DNA from: Lama glama
Lineage: Eukaryota
NCBI GenBank assembly: GCA_028534125.1
Contig: CM052819.1
Coordinates: forward strand, 53,878,001 to 53,942,000
Length of the DNA stretch: 64,000 nt
Reading direction: 5' to 3'
Position numbers and translations under genes: made by a program. A model generated the notes under the pieces. It saw only the letters and a program-made list of their open reading frames with translations, searched no databases and had not been told where the DNA came from. Shown here piece by piece: positions 1 through 14,299 of the stretch (positions within the stretch are counted from its first letter, which is position 1; each line of letters starts with the position of its first letter).

Positions 1-423
1 GGGCAGGGATTATAATTTATAATCGAGGATTCCCTCCTTTAGCCAGTGTGATATGTGATTAAGCCATTACCATACCATCTCACAGTTCCCCGAGAGGTTG
101 TAAGTGCTAGGCAAGCACTAAGCAGTTTACACTAATTATTTCACTTAAAATGCTTTGTCTTCACTCATTGTCTTTTGAAATTTAATTATAAGCTTCTAAA
201 TCCCTCCCCTCTCTGCAAATATTTTTCCTAAAGGGTTCATTCTTGCTTCCCTCAGCAGGGAATGATGCTGCAGAGAAGGCACTAGCCCTCTGTCTTGTGA
301 ACTCTAGGTCTAGAGAAATGGCTCAGACCACACCCCTCCCTCACCATCCACACACGCATGACAGGGACCAGCCACGGGAGGGGTACGGAAGAAACCCACA
401 CCCAGCCTTCAACAAACAGACCA

Positions 424-766
424 TGTGTAATCAAAAGAAAAAAAAAGACAAAAGTCAACTTATTTACAAAACAGAAACAGACTCACAGACATAGAAAATA
501 AATTTATGGTTACGAGGGGGAAAAAGGGGTGGGAAGGGATAAATTGGGAGTTTGGGATTTGCAGATACTAACTACTGTATATAAAATAGACAAACAACAA
601 GTTTCTCCTGTATAGCACAGGGAACTATATTCAGTAACTTGCAGTAACCTATAATGAAAAAGAATATGAAAAGGAAATTATGTATGTATATGCATGATTG
701 AAACATTAGGCTGTACACCAGAAATGGACATAACATTAGAAACTGACAAGTAAAATTTTTTTTAAA
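424..766 (+). mobile_element. 5'-truncated young L1 (artiodactyl/camelid-type) 3' UTR with TSD
   Basis: Typical laurasiatherian L1 3' end ('aacttatttacaaaacagaaacagactcacagacatagaaaa...ctgtatagcacagggaactatattcag...gctgtacaccagaaa') with an A/T-rich tail. Flanked by the direct repeat aaacagacca at 414-423 and 767-776. Confidence 0.88.
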
Positions 767-827
767 AAACAGACCAGTGGAAAAGTCACCAGCAGATAAA
801 TTAAAATACATTTTTTCAGTTGACATA

Positions 828-850
828 AACACACACACACATACACATAC
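828..850. repeat. Imperfect (CA)n microsatellite
   Basis: acacacacacacatacacatac read directly. Confidence 0.8.
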
Positions 851-3704
851 CCCTTATAATTCTGTTCAGAGCAGGCAGAGGGAATACATCTGACAAAAGA
901 ATTAGAGAAGTCTCCATTAAGATGGTTTTCAGGCTGGGCTTTGAAATGCTGGTACTTATACATGAAGAAGGAAAAAATAAAAAATAAACTAAGCACTGAG
1001 ACGTGTGAGAGCCGAAACCAGTGAGGAGCTTGGAATGACTGGCATGCAGAGACCCAGATAGCTGGAGCTCCCCGGGGAGGAGAACTTAATGGACTAGTTA
1101 TTCTGAGAGGTTCCTTGGCCCTGAATCTCTGAGTTGGCACTTAATCCTTAAGTTTTACTTCATACATGTTACTCTTTGTAAAAGTCTCATTGCATCTTGT
1201 CCCAGAAACATTTCCTCAAGACTGCAGCCTGTAGGAAAAGTACAAGACACCTGCCCAGGCCAGGCCCTAGAGCGTGTCACAGGATGATAAAGAAACACGT
1301 CCCAAAACAGCTTCTATACACTTGTTCCAGGGTGGCTCAAGCCCAAAGCTGTCACCCAAAATAAGTCACAGAGAAGCAAAAAAAAGCCACGCATCCAGAG
1401 TACGAAGACCTGAAAAGTGTTTTGTGGGCTGTTTGCAACATGTACAATGGTAAAACGTGATGGTAAAATTTTCCACCCATAATGAAAAATAATTCTACCA
1501 TTTCTAAGATTAAATGCAGTCCAAAAACTTTTGATAAAAAGACTTCAAGTCCTGAATACCCACATCCAGAGAGCTGGCACCCTGCTTAACAAAATTATAA
1601 ACATGCCGCTTAGTTGGTAAGAAACTCAAAAGAATTCAAAGTTTGGACTTCAGAAATGTCTGATCTTCTGTGTAAAGGATAGGTTTCAAGAAACAAATGT
1701 CTAATGCTATTTCTGAAACTATGAGTCGTCAGAAAAACATTTCTTTTTATTTTTCTTTATTTCCAGAACACACAGAAACAAGAGCAACCTTTTCTTGGCA
1801 TTCCCTTGGTGTTTCTGAAAACAATTCCTTGGACTAAGTAACTGAAGAAATGTCTCTGCCTCCATCACAGGAGAAGTATGAAGGCTGAATACATTAAAGC
1901 CCTGTGTTGATGGTAAAGTAATGTGTAAACAGAAAGTCTCATCATTGTGTAGATAGTCTATTTTCACAGATCACAGTTACCAGGGGAAATATCCATTAGA
2001 AATCAAAGGGACTATGAAAATTTTTCCTACTGTGTTCAACTCTATAGACTTAGGGAAATCACAACCTGAGTGAATCCTAAAAATTCAAGATACTAGATAA
2101 ACAAAGGGTTTGTACTTGTCCTTTAAAGAAAGACTGAGTTTCAGAGGGTGGCGGGCTTAGCTTTTTAATGCCTGATGGGGTTTGGTGACTAAAGGTAAAC
2201 CTGAGCTTCCTGAATAATGTTCTGGGTATTGAAAACTGTCTCATATGATCTGCTTTGTAAACGATGATTAAGGGGGAAAAACCTTACCTATAAAGTTAAC
2301 AGTTGGCAAACCATGCCTTTTCCGGACTGCACAGGTACAAACTCATAAATTCTAAAAGTCATGGAGCCAAGTGATTGTGCTTTCTTGTAAAAACCTTTGA
2401 AATAAGTGAATTTCAGCAAAAACGACCTGAGATGAGAACATGGCATGAAGTCATAATGGCCACCCTCACCTCTCCCACGGCTGGTGGGTAACATGACAGG
2501 GTGTGCAGGCCTCTCAGAAAAACCAGGTCCAGGCAGAGCGATGGGGAGAGGGAGAAAGAATGGCAATTTTAAAATATTAATAACAAAAATTCAAAGACTG
2601 TCTTGTGTGGGGAAGAAATGATGGCGACAGGCTCAAAGTTCTTGCATTTTTAGAGGTAATTTTCAGCATTTCTTAACAGCTTATCTCAAAGAAAAAGGGC
2701 ACCACTCAGGGGAAGATGAAACCAAAGATTTATTTAGAGTACAAAACACACATCATCTTCTGAATGTTCCACTGGAAGCTTCCTGCTCAAATTAACCGGG
2801 TGAGCCATTTTACCTCAAATAGTTAAGTAAAGTCCTGCCTTGATGTTCCTAAACTTGTTATCTTAGCTCACTCCCCAAAAGAGACAACTCAGTCTTAGAC
2901 ATAAGTATGCACCTCCTCCCTCTCCACAGCACACACCCACATCAGGGGGCGTCAGCACCAGCTCCACCCCCATAGCTGGCAACTTTGACCAACCATTTCC
3001 ATCTCTCTGAGCTTCCATTTCCTTTCCGTGACAATGATGGTAGCCATTTTTCTTTGGTACCAACTACATGCCAGACGTTGTGCTAAGAATGTTTTATACT
3101 TAATTCAACCTCACAAACATCCGATGAACTGCCCCGAGGGTGAAGGAAGTTAAGACTCATGCCAACATTTAGATAGGAAAAGAGAAAGCAGGGATTTAGA
3201 TCAAGGACTGCCCAAAGTCCTTGCTCTTTGTTCTTTACACATCTCTACACAGCTTTTGGAAAAACAGTGTTGAGCCTGATGACTGCTAAGGGCCCTTCCA
3301 GACCTGATGTTTTATTTCTGATAGTTTTAACCTCCAGGTTCAGAATTCCGTATGCCTGAGCTCATCTTGCTGGTGCCTAACCATTTGCCTATAGCATTCT
3401 CTGGATGGGAAAGGATCGGGAACAGAGCATCAGGGCAGCTCTGGCAGTGGTAGGAGTTTCTCTCCATCCAGGCTCCCACATAGCTAGGACTCTGTGGTTC
3501 CTGTCACCTGCCTGTCGGCATACCTGCCAGCCCTCAGTTTCCTTCCTCCAAGAACATGATCATTCCCTAGCGTACGTGCAGGAGGAAGTTTTTAAAAACC
3601 AGCCTAAACTAAAAACTGCAAGCTGTCTAATATATACTGACACTCTGCTTGAGGCGTTATATGCATTAGCTCAGTAAGTTCTCAAAAGTCACCATCACCA
3701 TATT

Positions 3705-3790
3705 CCTGTATTTATTCACTCACGTATCCAGCAAAAATATTGAACATCTTCTCCTTGCCAGGCACTGTCCTGGGTGCTGGGAGATAACAT
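3705..3790 (-). mobile_element. L2 3'-end fragment
   Basis: 'tttattcactcac...cagcaaaaatattgaac...tgccaggcactgtcctgggtgctggagata' matches the reverse complement of the L2 terminus. Confidence 0.7.
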
Positions 3791-4964
3791 TAGCCACATT
3801 TAGATATACATATGGAACTGGCTCAGAGAGGCAAGTGGCTCGTCGAGCCAGGGACAAAGCAGCAGCAAGCAGAGATTTCAAAGTCTGTCCTAAGCCTGAA
3901 ATGGTAGTAAGGGGACAATGCTCTCAGAACATCTCCAATAACTTATTGGCTCAATATCCAACAATAGGGAAAATGCTTTCACAGACATTATCTCATTTAA
4001 TGCATGAAATTTTGGACTTGTTTTAAAGAAAATATTGTAACTTCATATTCCCAAATGCTGGGCAGTACAAGTTTATCAAGAGTAGGTTTGTGTATATCCC
4101 CTCTGAACTTCCGATGAACCCCAGACCTTCAAGGCGAGGGACAGGGCCCTTCTTCCCTTGCGTAACAGATTGAGCCCTATGTGCTCACCCTGCACATAAA
4201 GCACCATGAGGACAAGTCACCTCACAAACAGCAAATGTTCTGTTCCCAAACTAGGCCTGTTTCTTAAGCCGCCCACTTTAATTCAATCCAACACACGCTT
4301 ACTGCATTTCACCTCTATGCCAAAATGTACTTATTTTTCTATCTTCCATAAAGCATATACTCCTAGGGACCTCAGACTAGTAGTTAACGTGAGATGGAGA
4401 AAGGAGATGGGGCGAAAAAAATGAAGATCGGTTCCAGGCTAACGGGTGTAGTTTGATACCAGTATGTGGATAGGCAGATCCTGTAAAGCCACAGTTTTAC
4501 ATGAGAAACCAGAAACCTAGGGTTTGTTTTTTTTTTTTTTTCAATAGTCACCTGAAGTATCAGCTATTGTCATCTAATTCAACTGTGTGTATGTTTTTAA
4601 TGGTAAGTCTCCAAGCAAAATTCAGGCGGCAGACAGCCAGTACAGAACATCTGGATTAGAATAACAAATGTAACAGGAGAGTCCGAAAAGCATCCTAGAG
4701 GCACTGACTTTTCCTGCCTCCAAATCCTTAAGAGAAAAGCAAAAGGGCGATTTTGCAAATTGACTGTGAGGGAGGGGTGATGACAGGTGTTCCCGAGCTG
4801 CAGAACATTTTCAAGGGCTTCCTTCACAGGGCTAGTGTGCCACCAAGTGAGATTCTGAACGGGCAGTATCTCACACAGCCCCTGGCACAAGAAGTATACA
4901 GTCAAGAAGCGTTAATGTTTTCAGTAGTAGTGGTAGTAGTATAGAAAAAACTCAAGCTGGTCTT

Positions 4965-5035
4965 CCACACGAGCTGTGTAACCTTCAGCAAGCGACTTAA
5001 CCTCTCTGAGATCTCCTTCCTCATCTATAAAATGT
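4965..5035 (+). mobile_element. MIR core fragment
   Basis: 'gctgtgtaaccttcagcaagcgacttaacctctctgag...cctcatctataaaatg'. Confidence 0.75.
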
Positions 5036-8000
5036 GCTAGCGTAGATCAAGTTTCAATGTTACAGAGGTGATGAGAAGCCCTTCCCAAAGAAAAAAGGTG
5101 CTGAAAGAGGAAAGAGAAGCTCCAACCGCTGTGAAAACAAACCAGAAGTTTTAGCAAATTACTTTGAATGGTTTAATCTGACTCTAGGCACGTTATTTAA
5201 CCTATCTCCACCAACTACTGGGTTAAGAGGAGGGGAAAAACCAAAACCACTTACCTTCCAAGGTTTGGGGGGTAAAAGCACCTTGTACACGATTATGTGT
5301 CAAACAAATTCTACAATCGTTAGCTCAAATATTAAATATAAAATGTCTCTTCCACAAAAGACACGCATGGGACCACCCAGAATCAAGTAAGAAAGTGGTG
5401 GCCCCTTGTTGCCGGGACTTTAGGAATTGTGTTATCAGCAACCCCCACTGTGTATCGCGTGTACAGTCCATCCTTAGCTTCCAAAGTACTTTCACACCCA
5501 ACGGGCTTGCTGGTCCACATCCACCAGTGACCAGGAGTTCAGAAAGTTTTGTCCCCTCTTCACATGTGAAGATTCAGAAATTGGGTCTCTGAACTCCTAA
5601 CCCAAAGCATGTTCCCATGGACCACCCTGCCTGCCTGCAGTAGCGCATAAAATGCTAGGGAGAAAGGCTCAGAAAAATCTTAATTTAAAAGGCTACTGAA
5701 TTCTTTTTAATTTTCTGTCATTGCTTATTAATACGGCCAGTACAAGCAGACTCGGGGCTAATATTTCAGCAATTGAAAAGCAGAAAATAGCTCTATAATT
5801 ACCCTAATGCTTCTAATAGAACTCTACAATGAGCACAGAATTATGTACAGAGGGGGGAAAATTGTATTAGACACCTCTGAACCTTTCTAAATTATATTAC
5901 GGAGAACCTTGGCAAATGAGCAGGAAGTATTTAAAGAAGATTAAGATGAATTTCCCATTTGGTGTCCTACTTAATTTGCACGAAAATATTTGGCTGTCAC
6001 CTTCCGTGTAAACTGCCTTCTTGGGGCCTGCCACGGTGAAGTCACAGTCTGCTGATCAGACAGCCCTGAGCTTTTGTACCACTAACAGCAGCAGGGGCCA
6101 GGTGACCAGACCAACAGGGGCCAAGCTCCCTTGGAATCTAAAGAGTCATTCTCCTGAAAGCCACAGGAGGGGATCTGGGCTTCCCCACGTGTCCTGTGAC
6201 GTGACACCAGGACTTCCTCAAAAGAGAGCAGAAACCACCCTCCAGACATTACCTAGAAAAATAACTAACTGCCCCCAAACCAATCACCGCAGTAAACCTC
6301 CATGTCTACCCCAGGGATTTCAAAAGCAGAGCTATTGGGTGCAAGTTTCAGTGTCTGTTAAGAGGGAGTTGATTCCACGTTTGGAATCCTAGCATCATAG
6401 ATCCAAAGGCAGCCCAATTTCCTCATTTGACAGCTGGGGAAAGTGAGGGCTGGAGAGAGGAAGTGAGTTGAAGACGCACAATAAGGAACACAGCGAGGTC
6501 TCAAATGCCTGTGATATCACAGGATTCTCCACTTCCCGGAACACTTGGGAACGTCCTTAGTGCTTCTTAGCCTTGTGGAGGCAGGCGTCCTCAACCACTT
6601 CTCAGAGCCCAGTCCAGGTGTTTCCCACGCCCTGGTTCTTCTCTCCCCAGCTGATTTTGGAGGAGAGCATAGCATCCCCAACTTGTTGACCAGCTCTCTA
6701 TCGGCTCCCCTGAAGACAAATACAGGGACTTTTTCATCTTGGAGATCTCTACCTCTCATCACAGCAGAGAGGCAACAGGTAAACGGAGCACCAAACCCAA
6801 GGACATTTACAAGCTCCAGAATTTTGTAAACCTTGTTGCCCCTGGTCCGTGATGTACAATCTCATCTCTTTCTGAGAAAGGGATTGGAACTTCCACTTCT
6901 ATTCCTTAACTGGGAGGTGAAGTCCCACGCCTCTGTCCTTTAAGAATCCCTCTTCTCCTCCCCGCCAGCACCCCTTCGTCCACCTCCCATCTGAGCAGCG
7001 GGAACCAGCATTTGACTAGAGATGCACCCATTTCCCGGGGCAGCTATCCCCCCAGGGGAGACTCCCCTGTGAAGGCTTCTTCTCACCCAATCACAACACA
7101 AAACGGCAAGACTGATCAGAAAGGTAAGGAGCGGTAAGAAATCTCCTCCTTGTCTGATGTCTCAGAGCGCATTCCCAAGCCCTTCTCAGCCTCTTCAAGA
7201 CTCTTCCTGGCATCCAGCTCATCAGCGGCTCCAAGCTCACCCAGCCTCTGCACACAGCCAGCCAGTCACAGGGATTCCCTACGGAAGTGGGAAATGAAGA
7301 GAACTGGGGGTGGGGAGTGGAGGGGAGCTGCTGGGGAATCTCTCCATGGCCCCCACTTCTCAAGGGACCCGTAGGAGCAGAAGTCTTAATACCTTTACTT
7401 CCAGTCCAGTGCCCACTGTCTTCATGTCACCAGCAGGTGCCCAGTCTCCAGCACCACCTTAAATTCTCAGAAAGATCAGTGTCACCTTAAACTCCATATG
7501 CAGACTTGTCAGTGAGAATTCCACATTCTCCCACTACCTGAATGTACATCCCAAACCATCTAGTCAGGTCTCTCCCCTAAAGGATCTCCCGCTCTTCTAA
7601 GTAAGAATTATTCGTATAAGCATCAGATTTAAAAACCTCAGCTTTATTTCAATTCCGTTAATCCAGCCAAGCAAGAGGTTTTCAATCCACGTAGCCTGTC
7701 ACTATGGACTGGAAGAGTCCCCTCCCAAAGGCCCCTTGGGCTTGTTCTCCGAAGTAGCTGAAATGAGCATCCCACTGGGTCAGTCCTATATTTTTTTCAA
7801 GTGTTTGGGAAACTAATAAAGGCAGGAAAAAAATTTTTTTAAGTTTCCTGGAAAATCTAGCTTTTTATTTACAAAACTTAAAAAAAATAATCACTAGGAG
7901 CTCCACTCTACGTACTCAAGAAAACGCTGAACTAAAATGTGTAAAGAGTCCAACTAGATTTTTATTCAGACAGCTTTATGTTAGGCTCCTCTGTTCACAG

Positions 8001-8964
8001 GCTGACCCACTAATCCTATTTAGAGGAAGTAAAAAAGGATTTTCAACCAAAATGTGGAAGAGAAGGGCAGTTTCGTGTACTGTATTGCTCGCTTAACGTA
8101 TCACACAGGCACTAATCTGTAAAGCAACCCTACGAAGTTGGCATTCTCTTCAGAACCTTTAAAAACTAAAACAGAGTATAAAATTAAGAGATGAAATACA
8201 TTCGTTTATCCCTGCGTCATTAAGGAAGAAAAGGTTCAGAAAGGATAGTTTGCTCAAGGTCACACAGCGATCCAGTAACAGACTCTGGTCTGCCTGACTC
8301 CTAAGGCCACATTTTTGTTTTCCACCATCCCGCTCTGTTTCTTGTAATTTCAGAGACTGACAACTCCTGTTTATCTTCTCTTCTGGGCCATCAATGCTTA
8401 CTCTCACTTCCGGATCCAGGAGGACAAAAATCATGGGTATTGTTCCTCTCAGACAATGAAATGTGTTTGATCCACAAATTTGGCTACAAGCATACTGCCG
8501 CTGGACCTGAAATTCTCCATGCTAGCCTGGTATCCTGTGAGCATTTCAGAGATGTGCGCAACACCACTCGGCTAGTTACTGAGCATCTCAAAAGGCGATC
8601 ACATGGCTCCAAGTCTTTGATATTTGGAGTTCAACTTTGGGGTGTCTTGGGTGTCGCTGCAGGAGCTTGCTTATGGCTGTGGGACCCCCAGCAGGAGCAG
8701 AGGGGCTAGGATTAAAGGAGGCGTCCAGATGTGAGGTGGGTAAGGAAGGGTTGGGGAGAGAAATCAATAGCTCCCTTCTCATATTTCTAAAGTGAACATC
8801 AAGGTGCAACAATAAATGATTCCTCCATCACAGAGAGAGAGAGGAGAGATGAAGAAAGAGAGGATGGGGGAGTTAATAACAAATATATTCCTTTATACTA
8901 AACAATTTTCCCTCAGGAGATCCAACAGCTCTGTACGGGTCAAGAGGTATTTACAAATTGGTGC

Positions 8965-9095
8965 CAAGTGACAAAACTGAGGTTCAGAGAGGTTAGGGTC
9001 TTGTTCAAGGTCACCAAGCCAGTCAGTAAGGGTGAGAAGACAAGGATTCAGGTTTCCTGACTCTGCGCCCAGGGCTCTTTCTTTTGTACCATCTG
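8965..9095 (-). mobile_element. MIR
   Basis: 'aaaactgaggttcagagaggttagggtcttgttcaaggtcacc...ctgactc...agggctcttt' is the reverse-complement MIR core. Confidence 0.75.
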
Positions 9096-9154
9096 CTAAG
9101 AGGCACCACACACCAATACAGATAAAAGTATGACCATGGCTAATTAAGTAGGTA

Positions 9155-9235
9155 GCTAATCACCTACTCTGTGCCAGGCACTGTACTGGAAACTGGGAAT
9201 ATAGTAGTGAACAAAACAGATAAAAATCCCTGAGT
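9155..9235 (-). mobile_element. L2 3'-end fragment
   Basis: 'cacctactctgtgccaggcactgtactggaaactgggaatatagtagtgaacaaaacagataaaaatccctg'. Confidence 0.8.
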
Positions 9236-10114
9236 GCTCACAAGCCTCCTCACACGATGGAGATGGCCTTGCTCTAGGGGTGAAGTCACCGGCTTTCTAG
9301 TTCCCACCCTACCAGGAACTTGCTACGTGGTAGGAGAGATGGACTGAAGACTGGGACAAACTGGAGAAAGGGTGGCATTTCTATGGAAGGCAGCTGCTGT
9401 TCAGTACCAGGTGATTATGGCCACACAAAAAATAAGGTATGATCCTTCTAATTTTCCAAGTTGGAAATCTGGTTTTGTGCAAAACCTCCCAACTTTTGAA
9501 TGTTTGCTCTAAATATTTAAAAACACCATGCCACTCAAATCAAATGCATATACAGGGGAAACCCAAGCCCACGGGAAACCAGTTCTAAATCTGATGTGAA
9601 TCTGGATAATACACGGTCAGACCAAGTGGCCGGTTCCTGACAAAGGGACCACAGAGGCATAGAGTTATTGGTGCTATAAATCTGTGTGCCCATCAGCATT
9701 CTCTATTTTTCAAATATCTATAGATGCTATTATGAAAAAATTCAAAGTAATGTACATGGTTAGCTAAAGTCACAGTAGCTTTCTATAACTGCTCATCTTT
9801 CTCCAATAAATGGATAGTTAAAGTATAACCAGTACCATTTGAACCCTCATAATTTTTTAACTGGTAAAAAAAGACCCTCATGTTTAGAAAAGGTTGGAAG
9901 CAACTGGACTAGACAAGTTCTGAAGCACACACTTTTATATTTCCATGGCCCTGTGCTGCAGAGAAGTGCGAGACTCAGAAGAGAGCTCACCTCAACACAC
10001 CAGGGTATGTACTTCAAACTCAGCACACACGGGGCCATCTCAGTGCCTGCTGCGAACTGTGTTCCACCTACCTGCTCAAGTTCAAGAACAAAAAACCAAG
10101 TAGCCAACCACACC

Positions 10115-11350
10115 AGCAGTGTTTACTGAACAACTCTGTTTCCGGCGAGGAGAAAAAGACAAACAAGAACAGAACCATGATAATCTATCACTGGGCTCTC
10201 ATGACAACCGGAAACGTCAGACACCAACCACAAATGACTGCAGATTCATGACTGATCAGGGCAACTGAGACACCTGGGAAGTCAGACTGCCCACTGAGGA
10301 GAATCCACCTTGCCCCGGGCCAGCCTGAACGGCCTTCGCAAGAAGTGATGATCTGAGTGAGCTGAGAGCATTTGGGGAAGTAGAGGTGAAGGCGTGTGGG
10401 AGGAGGGATGGGGCATTCCAGAAAAGGCTGCAGTGGTGGGGATGAGGGGTTTCCAAAGAACAGAAAGGCCACTATGGTAGAAACCAAGAGAGGGAAGGCA
10501 TCTGAGGTTTGAGATGAGGCGTGAATATAGGAGACCGAGCACTGAGGCCTTCTCATCACATTCACAACCTTTCAGATCGCGACATCAGGACCTGGCCGGA
10601 GGTGGAGCCAGAGACATAAGCAGGAGCCGGGTCCCCCAAGGCCCTGTGAAATACGCTAAGGAGTTTGAACTTCCCGTGAAGAATGATGGCAGGCCCCTGA
10701 GGGTTCAGGCATATTTAAAAGGCGACTCAGCATGGAGAATGGACTTAAGGACTGCACAATTAGAAGTGGAAAACCCAGGGAAACGATTGCAGTAACCCAG
10801 GAAACAGATGACAGTGGCCTGAAGTGAGAAGGTGACAGTGGGAATGGAGATGAGAAAAAGAACAGAGTCTCAAGGAGGAGGCAGAATGGACAGGCCTCTG
10901 TTCCTTTTCAGCTCTGGAGCAGGAGGACGAGACGGGGGGCTCAGGGTGACTCCCAAGTTCCTGTCCTGGGCACTTTTGTGAAAGGTGGCATGGCTGGCCG
11001 AGGAGGAGCAGGGTTGAAGCACAGACAGATTCACTTTGGACACTCCATCTGTGGCACCTTTGGGCCATCCAAGTGGAAGAGTCAAAGGGGGAGACCAGCA
11101 GTCCCGGCTGGAGCACCGGCTCGGAGGCAGCAACAGGGATGGAAAATGGTGCTGCGAGACGGTAAGAGAAAGTGTGAGGGGAGAAGAGACCAAAGCGTCA
11201 CCAAGGGCTGGACAAAGAAATACAGGTCTGTCCCTTCCATGGAGATGGAGAAAAAGGAGAAAACCAGGAAGAGTATGCTGCCACGGAAGCCAAGCGGGGA
11301 GAGTTAGGAGAGAATGGTGGACAAAGTCAGGCTGGAGAAGGTGCGAATCT
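10115..11350 (-). mobile_element. Long degenerate L2 fragment
   Basis: Purine-rich stretch with L2 antisense motifs ('aaggagtttgaactt', 'gattgcagtaacccagg...gatgacagtggcctg', 'gggtgactcccaagtt', 'ttcactttggaca', 'catccaagtggaaga'). Confidence 0.75.
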
Positions 11351-12634
11351 CAGCACCATGCTGGTTTTTCCTTCAGGACCTTAAACATAATCTACTCCCC
11401 CCGTCCACTGTCCATCTCCTTCTAAGACTTGTATCAACGACATGAATACTTGTTCCCCACAAAGGGCTTACTGCACCGAAATTCTCTAGGGTCTCTACAG
11501 AAGGAATGTATGGAGACTGCAGAAGAAGGGGGCAGAGATAACCCCCAAGGAGAGGGCTGGGCCTGCAGAGAGGATGGGATCCAGGACACAGAACAGAGGT
11601 AGTTGCTCTTGAATAACACAAAGATATTCAAAGATCATTTCCCATCAGTTCTCCTCCTCCAGAACCAGAAATGATAAAGTTCTCTCCCATGAATTTCTAC
11701 TCTGTCCAGATGAGCTCATCCACCCAGGATGTTCCATCCCCCCCTGAGATTACATCACAGGAAAACAACGAGTAAGTAGGCTGGGGACGAGGCTTCTCGG
11801 AGGATTCCAGTTCCAATCTTTGCATCATAAGCACTAGATTTTCAAGCAGTTATTTCGGCCCATCGATGGATTTTGAAGCCCAATGCCAACGTGATTCAAT
11901 GCTTTAAGTCAAGCAAGGTACAAACATTTGCCCTTAGAAAGCAGGGAAGCTGGATGGGGTTATTTACTTAAATAATTACTCACTTTTCAAAAGCAGACAC
12001 AGCACTAAAGAGGCAGATCCCTTAGTTCACATAAAACCCAATTCAATTTATAAATTTTGATTTCCAAATAACTGTCTTAGTACATTTGGCATCTGTCTTT
12101 CACTGAAAAAAGATCAGCTCCCTATTCTCCCCAAACGATAGACCACATTAACTATGTCCTAATTAAATGTTCTAAATCTGGAGTGAAACGGGGAGCGGGG
12201 TAGCACTGGGGAGTCTGTGCCTTCATACGACTGCCCTAATTTACATAGCATCAAGAGCCCATTTAACCTTTATACAGCCTTAAATCAATCAATCAGCTGA
12301 GACATACCTCATTATTTCCAAAATGACGAGACTGTGGATAAGATGGTATTTCAAACAGAGGACTTTCAATAAATATAAACCACAAGCATCAAAAGAATGT
12401 TTGTTCTGAGGGCTGCCAAGAAAGGCCAAATGATAGAATGAAAAAGACTGGACCAGAAGGCAGAAGAATCATATTAGCAACTGGCTTGGAGAACAACCAA
12501 ACCAACCTCTCCTCCACTCTGCCCACTACTCCCTGACTTCCATCCTCCCTCCTCGTTTAACACCTCTTTGTTTTATGCCAGCGACCAGCACAGAGCCCAG
12601 CATGCTAATGGTGCTCTTGTTATAGAAAGGTGCA

Positions 12635-12820
12635 AAGGGTTAGGAGCCCGACTGCCTAGGTTTGAATCAGCCTCTCACCAGCTTGAGCAAGTTGAACTGC
12701 TGTAGTTTCCTTATCAGCAAAGCAGGACAGTAGCAGCACCCCCATCACAGGATTGTTGTGAGGATTAAATGAGTTAATGATTACAGAGCACTTCGAACAA
12801 CGCCTGATAAACAGCAGGGA
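12635..12820 (+). mobile_element. MIR
   Basis: 'gactgcctaggtttgaatc...caggattgttgtgaggattaaatgagttaat...agcacttcgaacaacgcctg'. Confidence 0.8.
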
Positions 12821-13799
12821 AGAGTTTCTCAACACCATCGGTATCCTCACCACCACCAGTTTGACCTTGAAAAAGTCACTCTTCACCATGGGGTTAAATT
12901 TCCCTACCAGCAACATGATGGGATGGATGAACTGATCTCAGGGAGATCCCCGCTGGCTTAAGCCCTCTATAATTCTTTGAATCCTATTACAACTCTCTAA
13001 ATTCTCCTAAGGCTCTGAGTTCTCAGACCAGCAGCAGAGAGAGAAGGTCCCCAGGAGTCTCACCAGCCCCTGGAGCTTCGACTCCTCCCGACCACAGGCT
13101 GGACCCAGCATCCTGTGGTCCACTCAGCCAGCCCCCTTCCTTGCTGTAGCTACAGACTGTTCAGAGATGAAAATATTCATTGTGATACTCAAAGCTGTGT
13201 AGACAGCAGAGATGTGAGGAAAGAACACACATCGCAAGAAAAAAAAAAAGAGACAAGGAACAATCAAAAGACAGAAAGCAAACATGACACACTAGAAATA
13301 CACTGTGCCCACCAGGTTATTTATTTAGCATCCTTCATCTAATAGCAATCAAAAAAGACTGCAAACTACAAGGTAGCTCGGCGGCAGGGAAACGTTCTGT
13401 ACTTTGAAGCACAGTCTCTCAACGTGACTTCCCTTCACTTTAAACCCAGGCAGCCCCCCCACCCCTAGAGAGGTTAGTGGATGCTGAGCGGACAGTCTCA
13501 GGTGCAAACACCTTTCTCAAGAAGCAGTCGCTCACTGGACATTTACCTCACCTCCGCTTTGCTCAAAAGTTAAATCAATATTCAGGATGATCAAATTTGC
13601 TTTCCCTTTAGGGTCTCAGTTTCCACTTCTGTGAAATGGAGGTGGGAGAAACTCAGGCCACCCAATTTCAAAGTTTCCTAACAGCATTAAAGTTGTAGTA
13701 TTCCATCAGTGATTTCCACTTTGTGGAAGGAAAATTTTTTCTTACTGAGGTTAAAAAATAAAAAAGAAGAACATTTATAATTATTTGCTGTTTTCTGCC

Positions 13800-14030
13800 T
13801 GAAGCTAGACTTCCTGGGTTCAAATTCCCACTCTACCACTAGCTCTGTGACTTTGGGCAAATTACTTAATGTCTCTGTGCTTTGGATTTCTCATAGGTAA
13901 ATAAGAATAAAACCTCCCTCATAGGATTGTTGTTAGGATTAACTGTTGTTAATATATATATAAAGTATAAAGCACTTAGACTATTCTTGGAACATGGTCA
14001 ACATTATTTTAGTGTTGTTTTTATTATTTT
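13800..14030 (+). mobile_element. Near full-length MIR
   Basis: 'cctgggttcaaattcccactctaccactagctctgtgactttgggcaaattacttaat...cataggattgttgttaggattaa...aaagcacttaga'. Confidence 0.88.
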
Positions 14031-14299
14031 CAGTTACATAGCTGGTTTTTATATTCAAAGGGAAAACCTGGGAAACAGTATGCTAGGACTAACACACACA
14101 CACACACACAGCAGGTAGATGGAGAAACCTGTTTTCTAATCATGATTCTGCCCCCAAACTAGCTTTGTGCTAGTGAATAAACTACAGTCCCTCTCTGAGT
14201 CTCAAACTCCAAACCAGAGAAGATAAACAGACAGCCACAGTGTTCCGTTTGACCTACAGTTTTAAACCACATTTTGTTCCTTTAGCATTTAATTTTGTT

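Noticed and set aside
10188-11425. Cluster of overlapping 100-130 aa ORFs
   Set aside because: Lies within a degenerate, moderately GC-rich L2; no coherent protein.
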